Origin: Gammaproteobacteria bacterium | GTDB taxonomy: Bacteria > Pseudomonadota > Gammaproteobacteria > WFUO01 | DNA: 64,000 nt | Assembly (NCBI GenBank): GCA_015484945.1 | Contig: WFUO01000061.1 | Location: 88,066-152,065, forward strand | Reading direction: 5' to 3' | Shown here: positions 32,622 through 42,321 of the stretch, piece by piece | Layout of the letters: every line of letters starts with the position of its first letter | How positions within the stretch are numbered: the first letter of the stretch is position 1 | Notes under the pieces: model-generated | The model's database searches: none | Seen by the model: only the letters and a program-made list of their open reading frames with translations | Told to the model about the DNA's origin: nothing | Translations under genes and position numbers: made by a program

Positions 32622-34553
32622 ATGCTGCAAGCAATACGCGACAGGGCGACAGGATGGCTCGCCTGGCTGATCGTCATCATCCTCATCATACCGTTCGCCT
32701 TCTGGGGCCTGGATCAGTATCTGGGCAACAGTGGAGACGTGATCGTGGCCGAGGTCAATGGCACCGAGATCACCCGCAGCCAGCTCAATGCGGAATTCGA
32801 TCGCCTGACACAGCGCGCACCCATCGACGATCCTGCACTGGTGGCGCGTATCAAGCGCCAGGTGCTTGATGGCATGGTGCGCGCCGAAGCCGTGGCGCAG
32901 GCGCTGGAAGACGCAGGTTTCAGGTATCCGGCATCGTTGATAGAACGTCAGATCCAGACCGCGCCCGATTTTCTCAGCAATGGCCAGTTCGACCCGGCCA
33001 TCTATCGTCGCTATCTCGGCCGACTGGGCATCAATCACGAACAGTTCATTGCCCGTCAGCAACGCCGCATGGTTCGCCGCCAGCTGCGTTCCATGATTTC
33101 AGCTACCGAGTTTGTGACCGACAGTGAGTTCAGCGAACTCGTCCGTCTGCTGAACCGCAAGGTGGATCTGTCCTATGTTGTCATTCCGGCTTCGCGTTTT
33201 GCCAGTCAGGTAAAGATCACGGACAAGGCGGTGCGCGATTACTACGAAAAACACCGCCAGGAATTCGTTCGTCCCGAGGCTGTCCGCTTGCAGTACATCC
33301 GCCTGGACATGGCCGAGTTGGCCAGGAAAGTGCCGGTCGATACCGCCGAGCTGAAAAAGCTGTACGAGAAAAACAAACGCCTGTATCGGCGTGACCCGGC
33401 CTACCGTCTTTCACACATCATGATCAGGCTGCCGCGCAAGGCAAAACCGGCCGAGACGCAGGCGGCCATGAAGAAGGCGCAGGCGATTCTGGCCCGCCTG
33501 CGTGCCGGCGAACCTTTCGAAAAGCTGGCCAGGAAGGAATCCCAGGATCCAGGCTCCGCCGTTCGCGGCGGCAAGCTGGGGGTGGTCGGCAAGGGCAGTT
33601 TTGGCCAGGCCTTCGACAAGGCAGTGGAAGGGCTTCAGCCCGGGGGAGTCGCCGGTCCCGTGCGCACCGAGTATGGGCTGCACATCATTCGCCTGGATGG
33701 CGTGGTGCCCGGCAAGCAGATGAGTTTCACCGAGGCGCGTCCGCTGCTGGAAAAGGAATACCGTCTGAGCAAGGCCGATGAGCGATTCTATGCCTTGACC
33801 GAAAAACTGCGCGACATGACCTATGACGACCCCACCGGCCTGGAGCAGACGGCGCAGGCGCTGGGTCTCGAGGTGCGCGAAAGCGGCTGGATCACCCGCA
33901 AGGGCGCGCGTCAGGGCATTGGCCGCTATCCGGCCATCGTCAGAGCCGCGTTCAGCAGCGATGTTTTCGCCAATGGTGATCCCAAACGCAGCGTCAACAG
34001 CAAGCTGATCCAGGTTCGCCTGGGACGCAAGACCATGCCGGATCCCTATTTCGTCGTGCGCCTGAAGGCCTACCGCAAGCGCAGTATCAAGCCATTGAAC
34101 GAGGTGCGCGACAGAATTCGCAAACTGTTGCGGGACAAGGCCGTGCGCGCCAGGGCCGAGGCGCTGGGAAGCAAGATCATCAAAGAACTGAAGGCCGGCA
34201 AGTCACTGGGAGCGATCGCCATCGCCAACCAGCTCAAGGTTGTCGATACCGGTCTCATCGGCCGGCGTGACCGCAAGCATGATCCGCTGCTGGTCAGCCA
34301 TGCCATGCGCATGCCGGTGCCAGGCAAGGGCAAGCCAACCATCGATGGTCTGGCGGTACGCAAGGGATATGCCGTTATCGTGCTCAAACGCGTGCAGGAT
34401 GGTGATCCGAAAAAGCTGCCGGATATCGCACGCCAGTCCTTGCGCATGTCACTCTCCAGCCTGATCAGCGAGGAACTGGTCGATCAGGTTGTGGAGCAGT
34501 TGCGTCAAAGCGCCGAGATCGAGATCAACGACAAGGTCATTACCGGCAAGTAG
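32622..34553 (+). CDS. ppiD: periplasmic chaperone / peptidyl-prolyl isomerase D
   Basis: MLQAIRDRATGWLAWLIVIILIIPFAFWG N-terminal anchor and a parvulin domain (SQDPGSAVRGGKLGVV...GPVRTEYGLHIIRL). It follows hupB as in E. coli. Confidence 0.9.
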   Translation: MLQAIRDRATGWLAWLIVIILIIPFAFWGLDQYLGNSGDVIVAEVNGTEITRSQLNAEFDRLTQRAPIDDPALVARIKRQVLDGMVRAEAVAQALEDAGFRYPASLIERQIQTAPDFLSNGQFDPAIYRRYLGRLGINHEQFIARQQRRMVRRQLRSMISATEFVTDSEFSELVRLLNRKVDLSYVVIPASRFASQVKITDKAVRDYYEKHRQEFVRPEAVRLQYIRLDMAELARKVPVDTAELKKLYEKNKRLYRRDPAYRLSHIMIRLPRKAKPAETQAAMKKAQAILARLRAGEPFEKLARKESQDPGSAVRGGKLGVVGKGSFGQAFDKAVEGLQPGGVAGPVRTEYGLHIIRLDGVVPGKQMSFTEARPLLEKEYRLSKADERFYALTEKLRDMTYDDPTGLEQTAQALGLEVRESGWITRKGARQGIGRYPAIVRAAFSSDVFANGDPKRSVNSKLIQVRLGRKTMPDPYFVVRLKAYRKRSIKPLNEVRDRIRKLLRDKAVRARAEALGSKIIKELKAGKSLGAIAIANQLKVVDTGLIGRRDRKHDPLLVSHAMRMPVPGKGKPTIDGLAVRKGYAVIVLKRVQDGDPKKLPDIARQSLRMSLSSLISEELVDQVVEQLRQSAEIEINDKVITGK

Positions 34554-34554
34554 C

Positions 34555-35874
34555 ATGCCACGCCTGAAGCTCCACTGGCAGATTCTCATCGCGATAGCCC
34601 TGGCTGTCGTCGCAGGTCTGGCGGCGGGCAAGCAGGCGTCGATTTTCGGTATCAGTTACTACGCCATCTTCGGCTTCATTGGTGCGCTGTTCCTCAATGC
34701 GCTGAAGATGGTCATCGTGCCGTTGATTGCGTCGTCGATCATCTCCAGCATGGCGGGTATCGGTGGCACCAGCGGTTTTGGCCGGCTTGGGCTCAAGACC
34801 CTGTTGTACTACATGGCCACCAGCCTGCTGGCCATTCTCACCGGGCTTGTGATCGTCAATCTGCTTCAGCCGGGCATCATCGACGGTCAGCCGGTCAAGG
34901 AACTCTTCGGACTCAGCAGCGAACAGGCCAAGGCCGCGCTGGACAAGATTGGCGGACGTGACGCCGGCACCATCGCCGATGTGTTTCTCGGCATGTTTCC
35001 AACCAATATTGTGGCCGCTGCCGCCGACAATGGACAGATGCTGGGCATTATCGTCTTCAGCCTGTTGTTCGGTTTCTTCCTGACCCGCATACAGGAACCG
35101 TACGCCGAAGCCCAGTACAATTTCTGGCAAGGCATGTACGAGATCATGATGAAGATCACCGATCTGATCATTCGATTCGCGCCAATCGGTGTGTTCGGTT
35201 TGATCGCCAGGGTCATGGCGGGGCTGGACATGAGCCAGTTGCAGCAGGGGGCATCGGCGATTGGCCTGTTCTTCGTCAGCGTGATACTGGCGCTTTCAGT
35301 GCATGCCTTCATCACCATGCCCTTGATCCTGAGATTCGTCGCCAGGGTCAATCCGCTGCGTCATTATCGCGCCGTGGCGCCCGCATTGCTGACGGCCTTT
35401 TCCACGTCCTCGTCATCGGCCACCCTGCCATTGACCCTGGAATGCGTAGAGCGCAACGCCGGCGTTTCCAAGAAGACCGCATCCTTTGTGCTGCCGCTGG
35501 GCGCCACCGTGAACATGGATGGCACGGCCCTCTACGAGTGTGTCGCGGCAATGTTCATCATCCAGGCCTATGGTATCGATATCAGCTTCAGCACCCAGTT
35601 CCTGATCGTGCTGGTGGCCCTGATGACCTCAATTGGCGTGGCCGGCGTGCCGGCCGCCAGTCTGGTGGCCATTTCCATCATCCTCGCCACCATCGGCGTT
35701 CCGGCCGAAGGCATCGGCCTTATTCTCATCGTCGATCGCATACTCGATATGTTCCGCACCTCGGTCAACGTGTTCAGCGACACCTGTGGCGCCGTCACCA
35801 TTGGCCGTCTGGAAGGCGAACACGAGATCCTGACCGACAAGACCAGAGATCATGCTTCCAAAAGTGATAATTGA
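34555..35874 (+). CDS. dicarboxylate/amino acid:cation symporter (DAACS family)
   Basis: The LKMVIVPLIASSII, SSSATLP and NMDGTALYE motifs are typical of the GltP/DctA family. The ATG at 34555 is immediately after the ppiD stop. Confidence 0.88.
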   Translation: MPRLKLHWQILIAIALAVVAGLAAGKQASIFGISYYAIFGFIGALFLNALKMVIVPLIASSIISSMAGIGGTSGFGRLGLKTLLYYMATSLLAILTGLVIVNLLQPGIIDGQPVKELFGLSSEQAKAALDKIGGRDAGTIADVFLGMFPTNIVAAAADNGQMLGIIVFSLLFGFFLTRIQEPYAEAQYNFWQGMYEIMMKITDLIIRFAPIGVFGLIARVMAGLDMSQLQQGASAIGLFFVSVILALSVHAFITMPLILRFVARVNPLRHYRAVAPALLTAFSTSSSSATLPLTLECVERNAGVSKKTASFVLPLGATVNMDGTALYECVAAMFIIQAYGIDISFSTQFLIVLVALMTSIGVAGVPAASLVAISIILATIGVPAEGIGLILIVDRILDMFRTSVNVFSDTCGAVTIGRLEGEHEILTDKTRDHASKSDN

Positions 35875-36145
35875 ACACGGAGGTCACAGAGATACGGAGA
35901 AAGATCGGGCGATTATTGCTGCCCTGCCAGTTTCCTGTGTTTTCTGGCAGAGTATGATAGTTCAATATCCGGGTTAAAGTTTGTAACCAAAAGAAAAATG
36001 ACTGACGATCTGCCCAGGCGCGAAGCATAGGGCTGGGAATACGCTGCTGTTTCGTCGCGATATTACATAAAACATCGGGCGACTCGATACTCAGTAAAAC
36101 CGTCACCCCTCCTCTGTGACTCCGTGTCTCTGTGGCCTCCGTGTC
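35873..36145. repeat. MITE-like element: family-1 inverted repeats flanking an AT-rich core of about 200 bp (copy 3)
   Basis: Left arm gaacacggaggtcacagagatacggag is the reverse complement of right arm ctccgtgtctctgtggcctccgtgtcg. The core is markedly AT-richer than the window. The left end overlaps the TGA stop of the symporter gene. Confidence 0.75.
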
Positions 36146-36178
36146 GATCTCGACAGGTGAGTCAGGGATTTACCGTGC

Positions 36179-36964
36179 TCATTCGTCGATGGTCATGCCG
36201 ATGGTGTTGTAGCCGGCATCGACATAGGTGATCTCGCCGGTGATGCCCGAGGCGAGATCGGAGCACAGGAACGCGGCGGCATTGCCGACTTCCTCGATGG
36301 TGACGTTGCGGCGCAATGGCGAATTGTTTTCGACATGGTCGAGCATCTTGCGGAAGCCGCTGATGCCGGACGCTGCCAGTGTGCGGATGGGACCGGCCGA
36401 GATGGCATTGACGCGTATGCCTTCCGGGCCCAGGGCCTGTGCCATGTAGCGGACATTGGCCTCGAGGCTGGCCTTCGCCAGTCCCATGACATTGTAGTTG
36501 GGCACCGCGCGTTCGGCGCCCAGGTAACTGAGCGTGAGCAGGGCGCCGTTGCGGCCCTGCATCATGTTGCGTCCGGCCTTGGCCAGCGCGGCGAAGCTGT
36601 ATGAGCTGATTTCGTGGGCGGTGAGAAAGCCGTCGCGGGTGATGCTGTCGAGGTAGTCGCCCTCGAGCTCGTCCTTGGGCGCAAATGCCACCGAGTGGAC
36701 AATGATATCGACATGATCCCAGTAGTCGTCGATATGGTCGAATACGGCATCGATCTGGGCGTCGTCAGCCACGTCACAGGGTACGGTTATCTCCGAGCCG
36801 CATTCAGCGGCGAACTTCTCGACCCGGTCACGCAACTTGTCGTTCTGGTACGTGAACGCCAGCTCGGCGCCTTCGCGATGCATGGCCTGTGCAATACCCC
36901 AGGCGATGGAACGGTTGCTGGCCAGGCCGACGATGAGTGCATTCTTTCCGCTCAGAAATCCCAT
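36179..36964 (-). CDS. fabI: enoyl-[acyl-carrier-protein] reductase (NADH)
   Basis: [29 protein letters not shown]-terminus and the [23 protein letters not shown] catalytic region are present. The ORF extends to 37105, but the family start is at 36964. Confidence 0.95.
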   Translation of the reverse strand: MGFLSGKNALIVGLASNRSIAWGIAQAMHREGAELAFTYQNDKLRDRVEKFAAECGSEITVPCDVADDAQIDAVFDHIDDYWDHVDIIVHSVAFAPKDELEGDYLDSITRDGFLTAHEISSYSFAALAKAGRNMMQGRNGALLTLSYLGAERAVPNYNVMGLAKASLEANVRYMAQALGPEGIRVNAISAGPIRTLAASGISGFRKMLDHVENNSPLRRNVTIEEVGNAAAFLCSDLASGITGEITYVDAGYNTIGMTIDE

Positions 36965-37205
36965 GTGCTCATGTTCTCCGCTGTTCATGTAGAGGGGTGC
37001 GCAATGTCCGGCCATTGACCGAACCTGTCGAATTGTACCGGTCCGCCGAAGGATGCGCCAGCGCTGCATCATCAAATGCTTATGTACAGATACAGGTGCT
37101 TTCATGATCCGGTCAGCCGTTTATAATGCCTGCAGGATGGCGATCAGGCACATCAAGGTATTTTCTTTCTATCCATGGCGGGCTGCGGACCGGCATCCGA
37201 CGGGC

Positions 37206-39371
37206 GTCCGTTGGCGGCTGTATATGCTGGCCTTGCTGGTGTTGCCATGGCTGGCGTCCTGTGACGGGCGGGCGTGGAACAATCCCTATCCAGCCAGTCA
37301 GGACAAGGCCAATATCCTCTATTCGGCTTTCTCCGGCAGGCCCAAACATCTCGATCCGGTGCGTTCCTACAGTTCGGACGAATACCTGTTCATCGGGCAG
37401 ATCTACGAGCCACCGCTGCAGTATCATTATCTCAAGCGTCCGTACCGCCTCGAGCCGCTGACCGCTGACGGCATGCCCCGTGTTGTGTATCTTGACAGCA
37501 AGGGGCGTGTGACCACGCGTGACAAGGCAGCATTTACGCGTTACATCATTCGCATCCGCAAGGGCATACGCTACCAGCCACATCCCGCACTGGCCGTGGA
37601 CGAGAAGGGGCGTCCGCGCTATCTCGGGCTGAATGAGGCGCATCTGAAACGGATTCGCACCCTTGCGGACTTCAAATACCAGGGCACGCGTGAACTGGTG
37701 GCGGCCGACTATGTGTATCAGATCAAGCGTATTGCCCATCCACGTCTGCAATCTCCGATCTACAGTCTGATGGCTGATTACATCGTTGGCTTGCGTGACT
37801 ACGCGCGCCGCCTGCGTCAGATCGATCGCAAGCTGGTGGCAAACAAGGGGCGTGAGGCATGGCTGGATCTGACCCGTTACCCGCTCAGGGGTGTGAAGCT
37901 GATCGACCGCTATACCTACGCCATCCTGATCAAGGGCCGCTACCCGCAGTTTCTGTACTGGCTGGCAATGCCGTTCTTTGCGCCAGTGCCGCCCGAGGCC
38001 GAGCGTTTCTACATGCAACCCGGCATGAAGGAACGCAATCTGACCCTGGACTGGTACCCGATCGGCACCGGCGCCTATATGCTGACTGTCAACGATCCCA
38101 ACCGGCGCATGGTGCTGGAGCGCAACCCCAACTACCATGAGGATCGTTATCCGCGTCACGGGATGCCGGGTGATCGCGAACGTGGCCTGCTGCGTGATGC
38201 CGGCAAGCGCATCCCGTTCATCGACAAGGCGGTGTACAGCCTGGAGAAGGAAACCATCCCGTACTGGAACAAGTTTTTGCAGGGGTATTATGATGCCTCG
38301 GGCATTTCTTCCGACAATTTCGACCAGGCCATCCAGTTCACCACCACGGGGGATGTCCGCCTGACCGACGACATGCGCCGCAAGGGTATTCGCCTGGTCA
38401 CCGCGGTGCAGGCTACGACCATCTACATGGGGTTCAACATGAAGGATCCGGTAGTGGGTGGTTATGGTGAACGCGCACGCAAGCTGCGCCAGGCCATTTC
38501 GATCGCGGTGGATTACGAGGAATATATCTCCATCTTCGCCAACGGTCGCGGGGTTGCCGCGCAGAGCCCGATTCCGCCCGGTATCTTCGGTCACCGCCAG
38601 GGCAGGGCGGGGATCAACCCGGTGGTCTACCGCTGGGTGAACGGCCGTCCCCGGCGGCGCAGTATCGCCGAGGCCAAACGCCTGCTGGCCGAGGCAGGCT
38701 ATCCCGGCGGCCGCGATGCAAGAACGGGCAAGCCGTTGCTGATCCATCTCGATGTGCGTGGTGGCGGGCCCGGCGACAAGGCCTATTGGGACTGGCTGCG
38801 CAAACAGTTCCGCAAGATCGATCTGGAACTGGTGATTCGCAACACGGACTACAACCGGTTCAGGGAGAAGATGCGCAAGGGTAACGCGCAACTTTTCGTA
38901 TGGGGGTGGAATGCCGACTATCCCGATCCAGAGAACTTCCTGTTCCTGCTCTACGGTCCCAACGGCAAGGTCGATCATGGTGGCGAGAACGTGGCCAACT
39001 ATGCCAACCCGGAATACGACCGTCTGTTTGAACGCATGAAGGCCATGCCCAATGGTCCCGCGCGTCAGCGTATCATCGACCGCATGCTTGCTATTCTGCG
39101 TCATGACGCGCCCTGGCTGTTCGGTTTCCACCCGCGTAGCTTTACGTTGTTCCATCGGTGGTATCACAATGTCTCGCCCAACCTGATGGCGCACAATACC
39201 CTCAAGTACCGGCGTATCGACCCGCTATCGCGTGCACAGGCGCGCCAGGCATGGAACCGCCCGGTACTGTGGCCGGTGTGGCTGTTGCTGGGATTGTTCG
39301 TGATTTCACTGATTCCGGCCATCGTGGTCTGGCGGCGCCGCGAGACACGACCGATGAAGGAGGTGGACTGA
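37206..39371 (+). CDS. ABC transporter substrate-binding protein, family 5 (peptide/Yej/Sap-like), probable lipoprotein
   Basis: The body is a family-5 SBP and heads an ABC operon. The start is uncertain (ORF opens at 37053). GTG 37206 gives VRWRLYMLALLVLPWLASC, with a lipobox. There is an extra C-terminal hydrophobic helix, VLWPVWLLLGLFVISLIPAIVVW. Confidence 0.75.
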   Translation, partial: VRWRLYMLALLVLPWLASCDGRAWNNPYPASQDKANILYSAFSGRPKHLDPVRSYSSDEYLFIGQIYEPPLQYHYLKRPYRLEPLTADGMPRVVYLDSKGRVTTRDKAAFTRYIIRIRKGIRYQPHPALAVDEKGRPRYLGLNEAHLKRIRTLADFKYQGTRELVAADYVYQIKRIAHPRLQSPIYSLMADYIVGLRDYARRLRQIDRKLVANKGREAWLDLTRYPLRGVKLIDRYTYAILIKGRYPQFLYWLAMPFFAPVPPEAERFYMQPGMKERNLTLDWYPIGTGAYMLTVNDPNRRMVLERNPNYHEDRYPRHGMPGDRERGLLRDAGKRIPFIDKAVYSLEKETIPYWNKFLQGYYDASGISSDNFDQAIQFTTTGDVRLTDDMRRKGIRLVTAVQATTIYMGFNMKDPVVGGYGERARKLRQAISIAVDYEEYISIFANGRGVAAQSPIPPGIFGHRQGRAGINPVVYRWVNGRPRRRSIAEAKRLLAEAGYPGGRDARTGKPLLIHLDVRGGGPGDKAYWDWLRKQFRKIDLELVIRNTDYNRFREKMRKGNAQLFVWGWNADYPDPENFLFLLYGPNGKVDHGGENVANYANPEYDRLFERMKAMPNGPARQRIIDRMLAILRHDAPWLFGFHPRSFTLFHRWYHNVSPNLMAHNTLKYRRIDPLSRAQARQAWNRPVLWPVWLLLGLFVISLIPAIVVWRRRETRPMKEVD

Positions 39372-40348
39372 TGTTCGCCTACATCATACGCCGGGTATTG
39401 TATGCCGTACCGATCCTGATCGGCGTCAACGTGTTGACCTTTGCATTGTTCTTCGTCGTCAACAGCCCGGATGACATGGCGCGCATGCACCTGGGCACCA
39501 AGCATGTGAAGCAGGAGGCCATAGACAAGTGGAAGCAGGCGCGCGGGTACGACAAGCCGCTGTTCTACAACCCCGGGGCGCGGGGCCTGGAGAAGTTCAC
39601 GGATACCATCTTTTTCGACAAATCGGCGCGGCTGTTCGCATTCGATTTTGGCAAGGCCGATGACGGGCGCAGTATCTCGTACGATATTCGTCAGCGCATG
39701 TTGCCCAGCCTGGCCATCGCCATTCCGGTGTTTGTGGTCGGAATCCTGGTCAATATCACCTTTGCGTTGTTGCTGGCCTTTTTCCGCGCCACCTATCTGG
39801 ATGTCTGGGGCGTGATACTGTGCGTGATACTGATGTCCATATCGAGTCTGTTCTATATCATTGGCGGCCAGTATCTGATCAGCAAGCTGATGCATCTGGT
39901 GCCAATCTCCGGCTATGACAGCGGGCTTTCATCGGTCAAGTTTCTGATTCTGCCGGTACTGATCGGTATCGTTTCCGGTATCGGTTCCGGCACGCGCTGG
40001 TACCGGACGATCTTCCTCGAAGAGATCGGCAAGGACTATGTGCGCACCGCGCGCGCAAAGGGACTGTCTGAACTGGCTGTGCTTTTCCGACATGTGTTGC
40101 GCAACGCCTTGATTCCTATCCTGACCGGCGCCGTGGTGGTGATCCCGTTGCTGTTCATGGGCAGTCTGCTGACCGAGTCGTTCTTCGGTATTCCCGGGCT
40201 GGGCAGTTACACCATCGACGCCATCCAGAACCAGGATTTTGCCATCGTGCGCGCCATGGTTTTTCTGGGCTCGGTGTTGTATATCCTTGGTCTGCTGCTC
40301 ACCGACATCTCCTATACCATCGCCGACCCGAGGATCAGGCTGTCATGA
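39371..40348 (+). CDS. ABC transporter permease (DppB/YejB-like)
   Basis: MFAYIIRRVLYAVPILIGVNVLTF is the typical N-terminus of this family. The ATG overlaps the SBP stop (TGATG). Confidence 0.88.
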   Translation: MFAYIIRRVLYAVPILIGVNVLTFALFFVVNSPDDMARMHLGTKHVKQEAIDKWKQARGYDKPLFYNPGARGLEKFTDTIFFDKSARLFAFDFGKADDGRSISYDIRQRMLPSLAIAIPVFVVGILVNITFALLLAFFRATYLDVWGVILCVILMSISSLFYIIGGQYLISKLMHLVPISGYDSGLSSVKFLILPVLIGIVSGIGSGTRWYRTIFLEEIGKDYVRTARAKGLSELAVLFRHVLRNALIPILTGAVVVIPLLFMGSLLTESFFGIPGLGSYTIDAIQNQDFAIVRAMVFLGSVLYILGLLLTDISYTIADPRIRLS

Positions 40349-41850
40349 GCGTCAATGCACATAGGCGGGCCTGGTATCTGCGTCCTTTGTTGCTGGTGGC
40401 AGTAATGCTGGTATTGCTCAATGGTCTGCCACCGCTGTTCGGAGTCAGGGCCGCCTACCTGGTCACCGACAAGCTGATTTTTCTGTTGCTGACGATGGTG
40501 ATCTTTTTCGTTGCCTGGCTGCGTACCCGGCCTGATCAGCTTGGGCCGTGGATCGAGGTGTTTCGCAATCACCGCGCCATGGCTTCGGCGGTGGTCTTGC
40601 TGTGCTATGTGGCCGTTGGTCTGCTGGATTCCATTCATTTCCGCGAACCGCTGCCGGCGGTGGATGGCAAGCCGGTACAGTACAGTGTGCGCGAGACCAG
40701 TTTGTTCGATGTGTTGATGACGCCCTTCCGGACACGCACGGAAAAGAGCTATTCGGCGCCCATGGCACGCTACGCCTTGTCGAAGGAAATCCGCTATCTG
40801 CCCGACGGTACATCCAGGCGTGAATATCCGCGCCTGCGCCACGCTGGCATCGGAGTCAATGATGCGCATGATTTGCTCATTGATATCGGCTGGCGCACGG
40901 CCTGGGGCATGCTCGCCGGCATCATTGTGCTGATGGCGCTGGTTCTGCCTCTGTTGGTTGCGGGCGCAAGGCGCAGCGGCATGCGTGTGGCCGGCCTGTG
41001 GCGTGAGATCATGGCGGCACGCACGACCTTGCCATGGCGGACGGCGTTGATGACGGCCCTGGTGTTGTTCGTGGGCATTGGCATCCTCGTCAGTCTGGGC
41101 ATGAATTACCATGTTCTTGGCACCGACAAGGTCGGCAACGATGTGTTCTATCTGGCCACCAAGAGCATTCGCACCGGGCTTGTCATCGGCACCCTGACCA
41201 CGCTGGTGATGTTGCCGTTTGCGATATTGCTGGGCATCGCGGCCGGGTATTTCCGCGGCTGGGTGGATGATGTGATCCAGTATCTGTACACGACCCTGAA
41301 TTCGATACCCGGTGTACTGCTCATCGCCGCGGCCATTCTTTCGATTCAGGTCTATATCAGTAATCATCAGGCCAGTTTTGCGACCGCCAGCGCGCAGGCC
41401 GATCTTCGTCTGCTGGCGTTGTGCGTGATCCTCGGCATCACCAGCTGGACCGGCTTGTGCCGGCTGCTGCGCGGAGAGACTCTCAAATTGCGCGAGCATG
41501 ACTACATTACCGCCGCCCTGAGCTTCGGCGTGCGTCCGTTCCGGATTCTGCGCCAGCATGTGCTGCCCAATGTCATGCATATCGTTTTGATCGTTATCGT
41601 ACTGGATTTCAGTGGTCTGGTTCTGGCCGAAGCTGTGCTATCTTATGTCGGGGTAGGTGTCGATCCATCGACCGTCAGTTGGGGAAACATGATCAACAAT
41701 GCCCGGTTCGAGATGGGGAGGGAGCCGATGGTCTGGTGGACGCTGGTCGCCGCATTCGTGTTCATGTTCATGCTGGTGCTGGCCGCCAACCTGTTTGCCG
41801 ATGCGGTTCGTGATGCCTTCGATCCGCGTCTCAGGGATGGGTCGAGATGA
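40345..41850 (+). CDS. ABC transporter permease (DppC/YejE-like) with long N-terminal membrane extension
   Basis: The C-terminal about 300 aa is a DppC-type permease core. The N-terminal about 200 aa adds further hydrophobic helices. The start overlaps the upstream stop (ATGA). Confidence 0.85.
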   Translation: MSVNAHRRAWYLRPLLLVAVMLVLLNGLPPLFGVRAAYLVTDKLIFLLLTMVIFFVAWLRTRPDQLGPWIEVFRNHRAMASAVVLLCYVAVGLLDSIHFREPLPAVDGKPVQYSVRETSLFDVLMTPFRTRTEKSYSAPMARYALSKEIRYLPDGTSRREYPRLRHAGIGVNDAHDLLIDIGWRTAWGMLAGIIVLMALVLPLLVAGARRSGMRVAGLWREIMAARTTLPWRTALMTALVLFVGIGILVSLGMNYHVLGTDKVGNDVFYLATKSIRTGLVIGTLTTLVMLPFAILLGIAAGYFRGWVDDVIQYLYTTLNSIPGVLLIAAAILSIQVYISNHQASFATASAQADLRLLALCVILGITSWTGLCRLLRGETLKLREHDYITAALSFGVRPFRILRQHVLPNVMHIVLIVIVLDFSGLVLAEAVLSYVGVGVDPSTVSWGNMINNARFEMGREPMVWWTLVAAFVFMFMLVLAANLFADAVRDAFDPRLRDGSR

Positions 41851-41867
41851 ATCAAGGAGAAGTTGTC

Positions 41868-42314
41868 ATGGGTGAAACCGTACTGACCGAGAAACAGCGC
41901 TTCGCCGAGCGTCTCAACAGCGTGCTCGATGATATCGGTTTTCCGCGCCTGGGTCATGGACGCCAGAGCGCTCTGGCCAAATTGCTGGATGTGACGCCCG
42001 ATCAGGTCAGTGTCTGGCTCAAGGGCGAGGGGTATCCAAAGACCTCAAAGCTGGTCAAGATCGCCCAGCATGTCGGTGTGCGCTCCAACTGGCTGCTCTC
42101 GGGTGCGGGCGAGAAATACCCCTCGGAAAGCGATCGCCAGGAGACCGGCACGGGGAAACGTCATCCATCACCCGGCGTTCGGGAAGACGACAGCCTGCTG
42201 TCGCAGGAAGCCTTCGAGGTCGCGCTGATATGGATGCAGCTCTCGCCCGGTGAGCAGCGGGCCATGAAGGCCGCGATGTTGCAGCTGGCCAGGTCCGGCG
42301 GCAAGGGAGACTGA
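41868..42314 (+). CDS. Cro/C1 (XRE)-type helix-turn-helix protein
   Basis: [64 protein letters not shown] fits the HTH_3 pattern. AAGGAGAAG Shine-Dalgarno before ATG 41868. An upstream ATG at 41847 overlaps the permease stop. Confidence 0.75.
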   Translation: MGETVLTEKQRFAERLNSVLDDIGFPRLGHGRQSALAKLLDVTPDQVSVWLKGEGYPKTSKLVKIAQHVGVRSNWLLSGAGEKYPSESDRQETGTGKRHPSPGVREDDSLLSQEAFEVALIWMQLSPGEQRAMKAAMLQLARSGGKGD

Positions 42315-42321
42315 CACACCC

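Noticed and set aside
35795-36106. A 103-aa minus-strand ORF inside the MITE-like core.
   Set aside because: It overlaps the 3' end of the symporter gene, has no Shine-Dalgarno, shows atypical composition and has no recognisable motif. A short peptide or sRNA in the core cannot be excluded.
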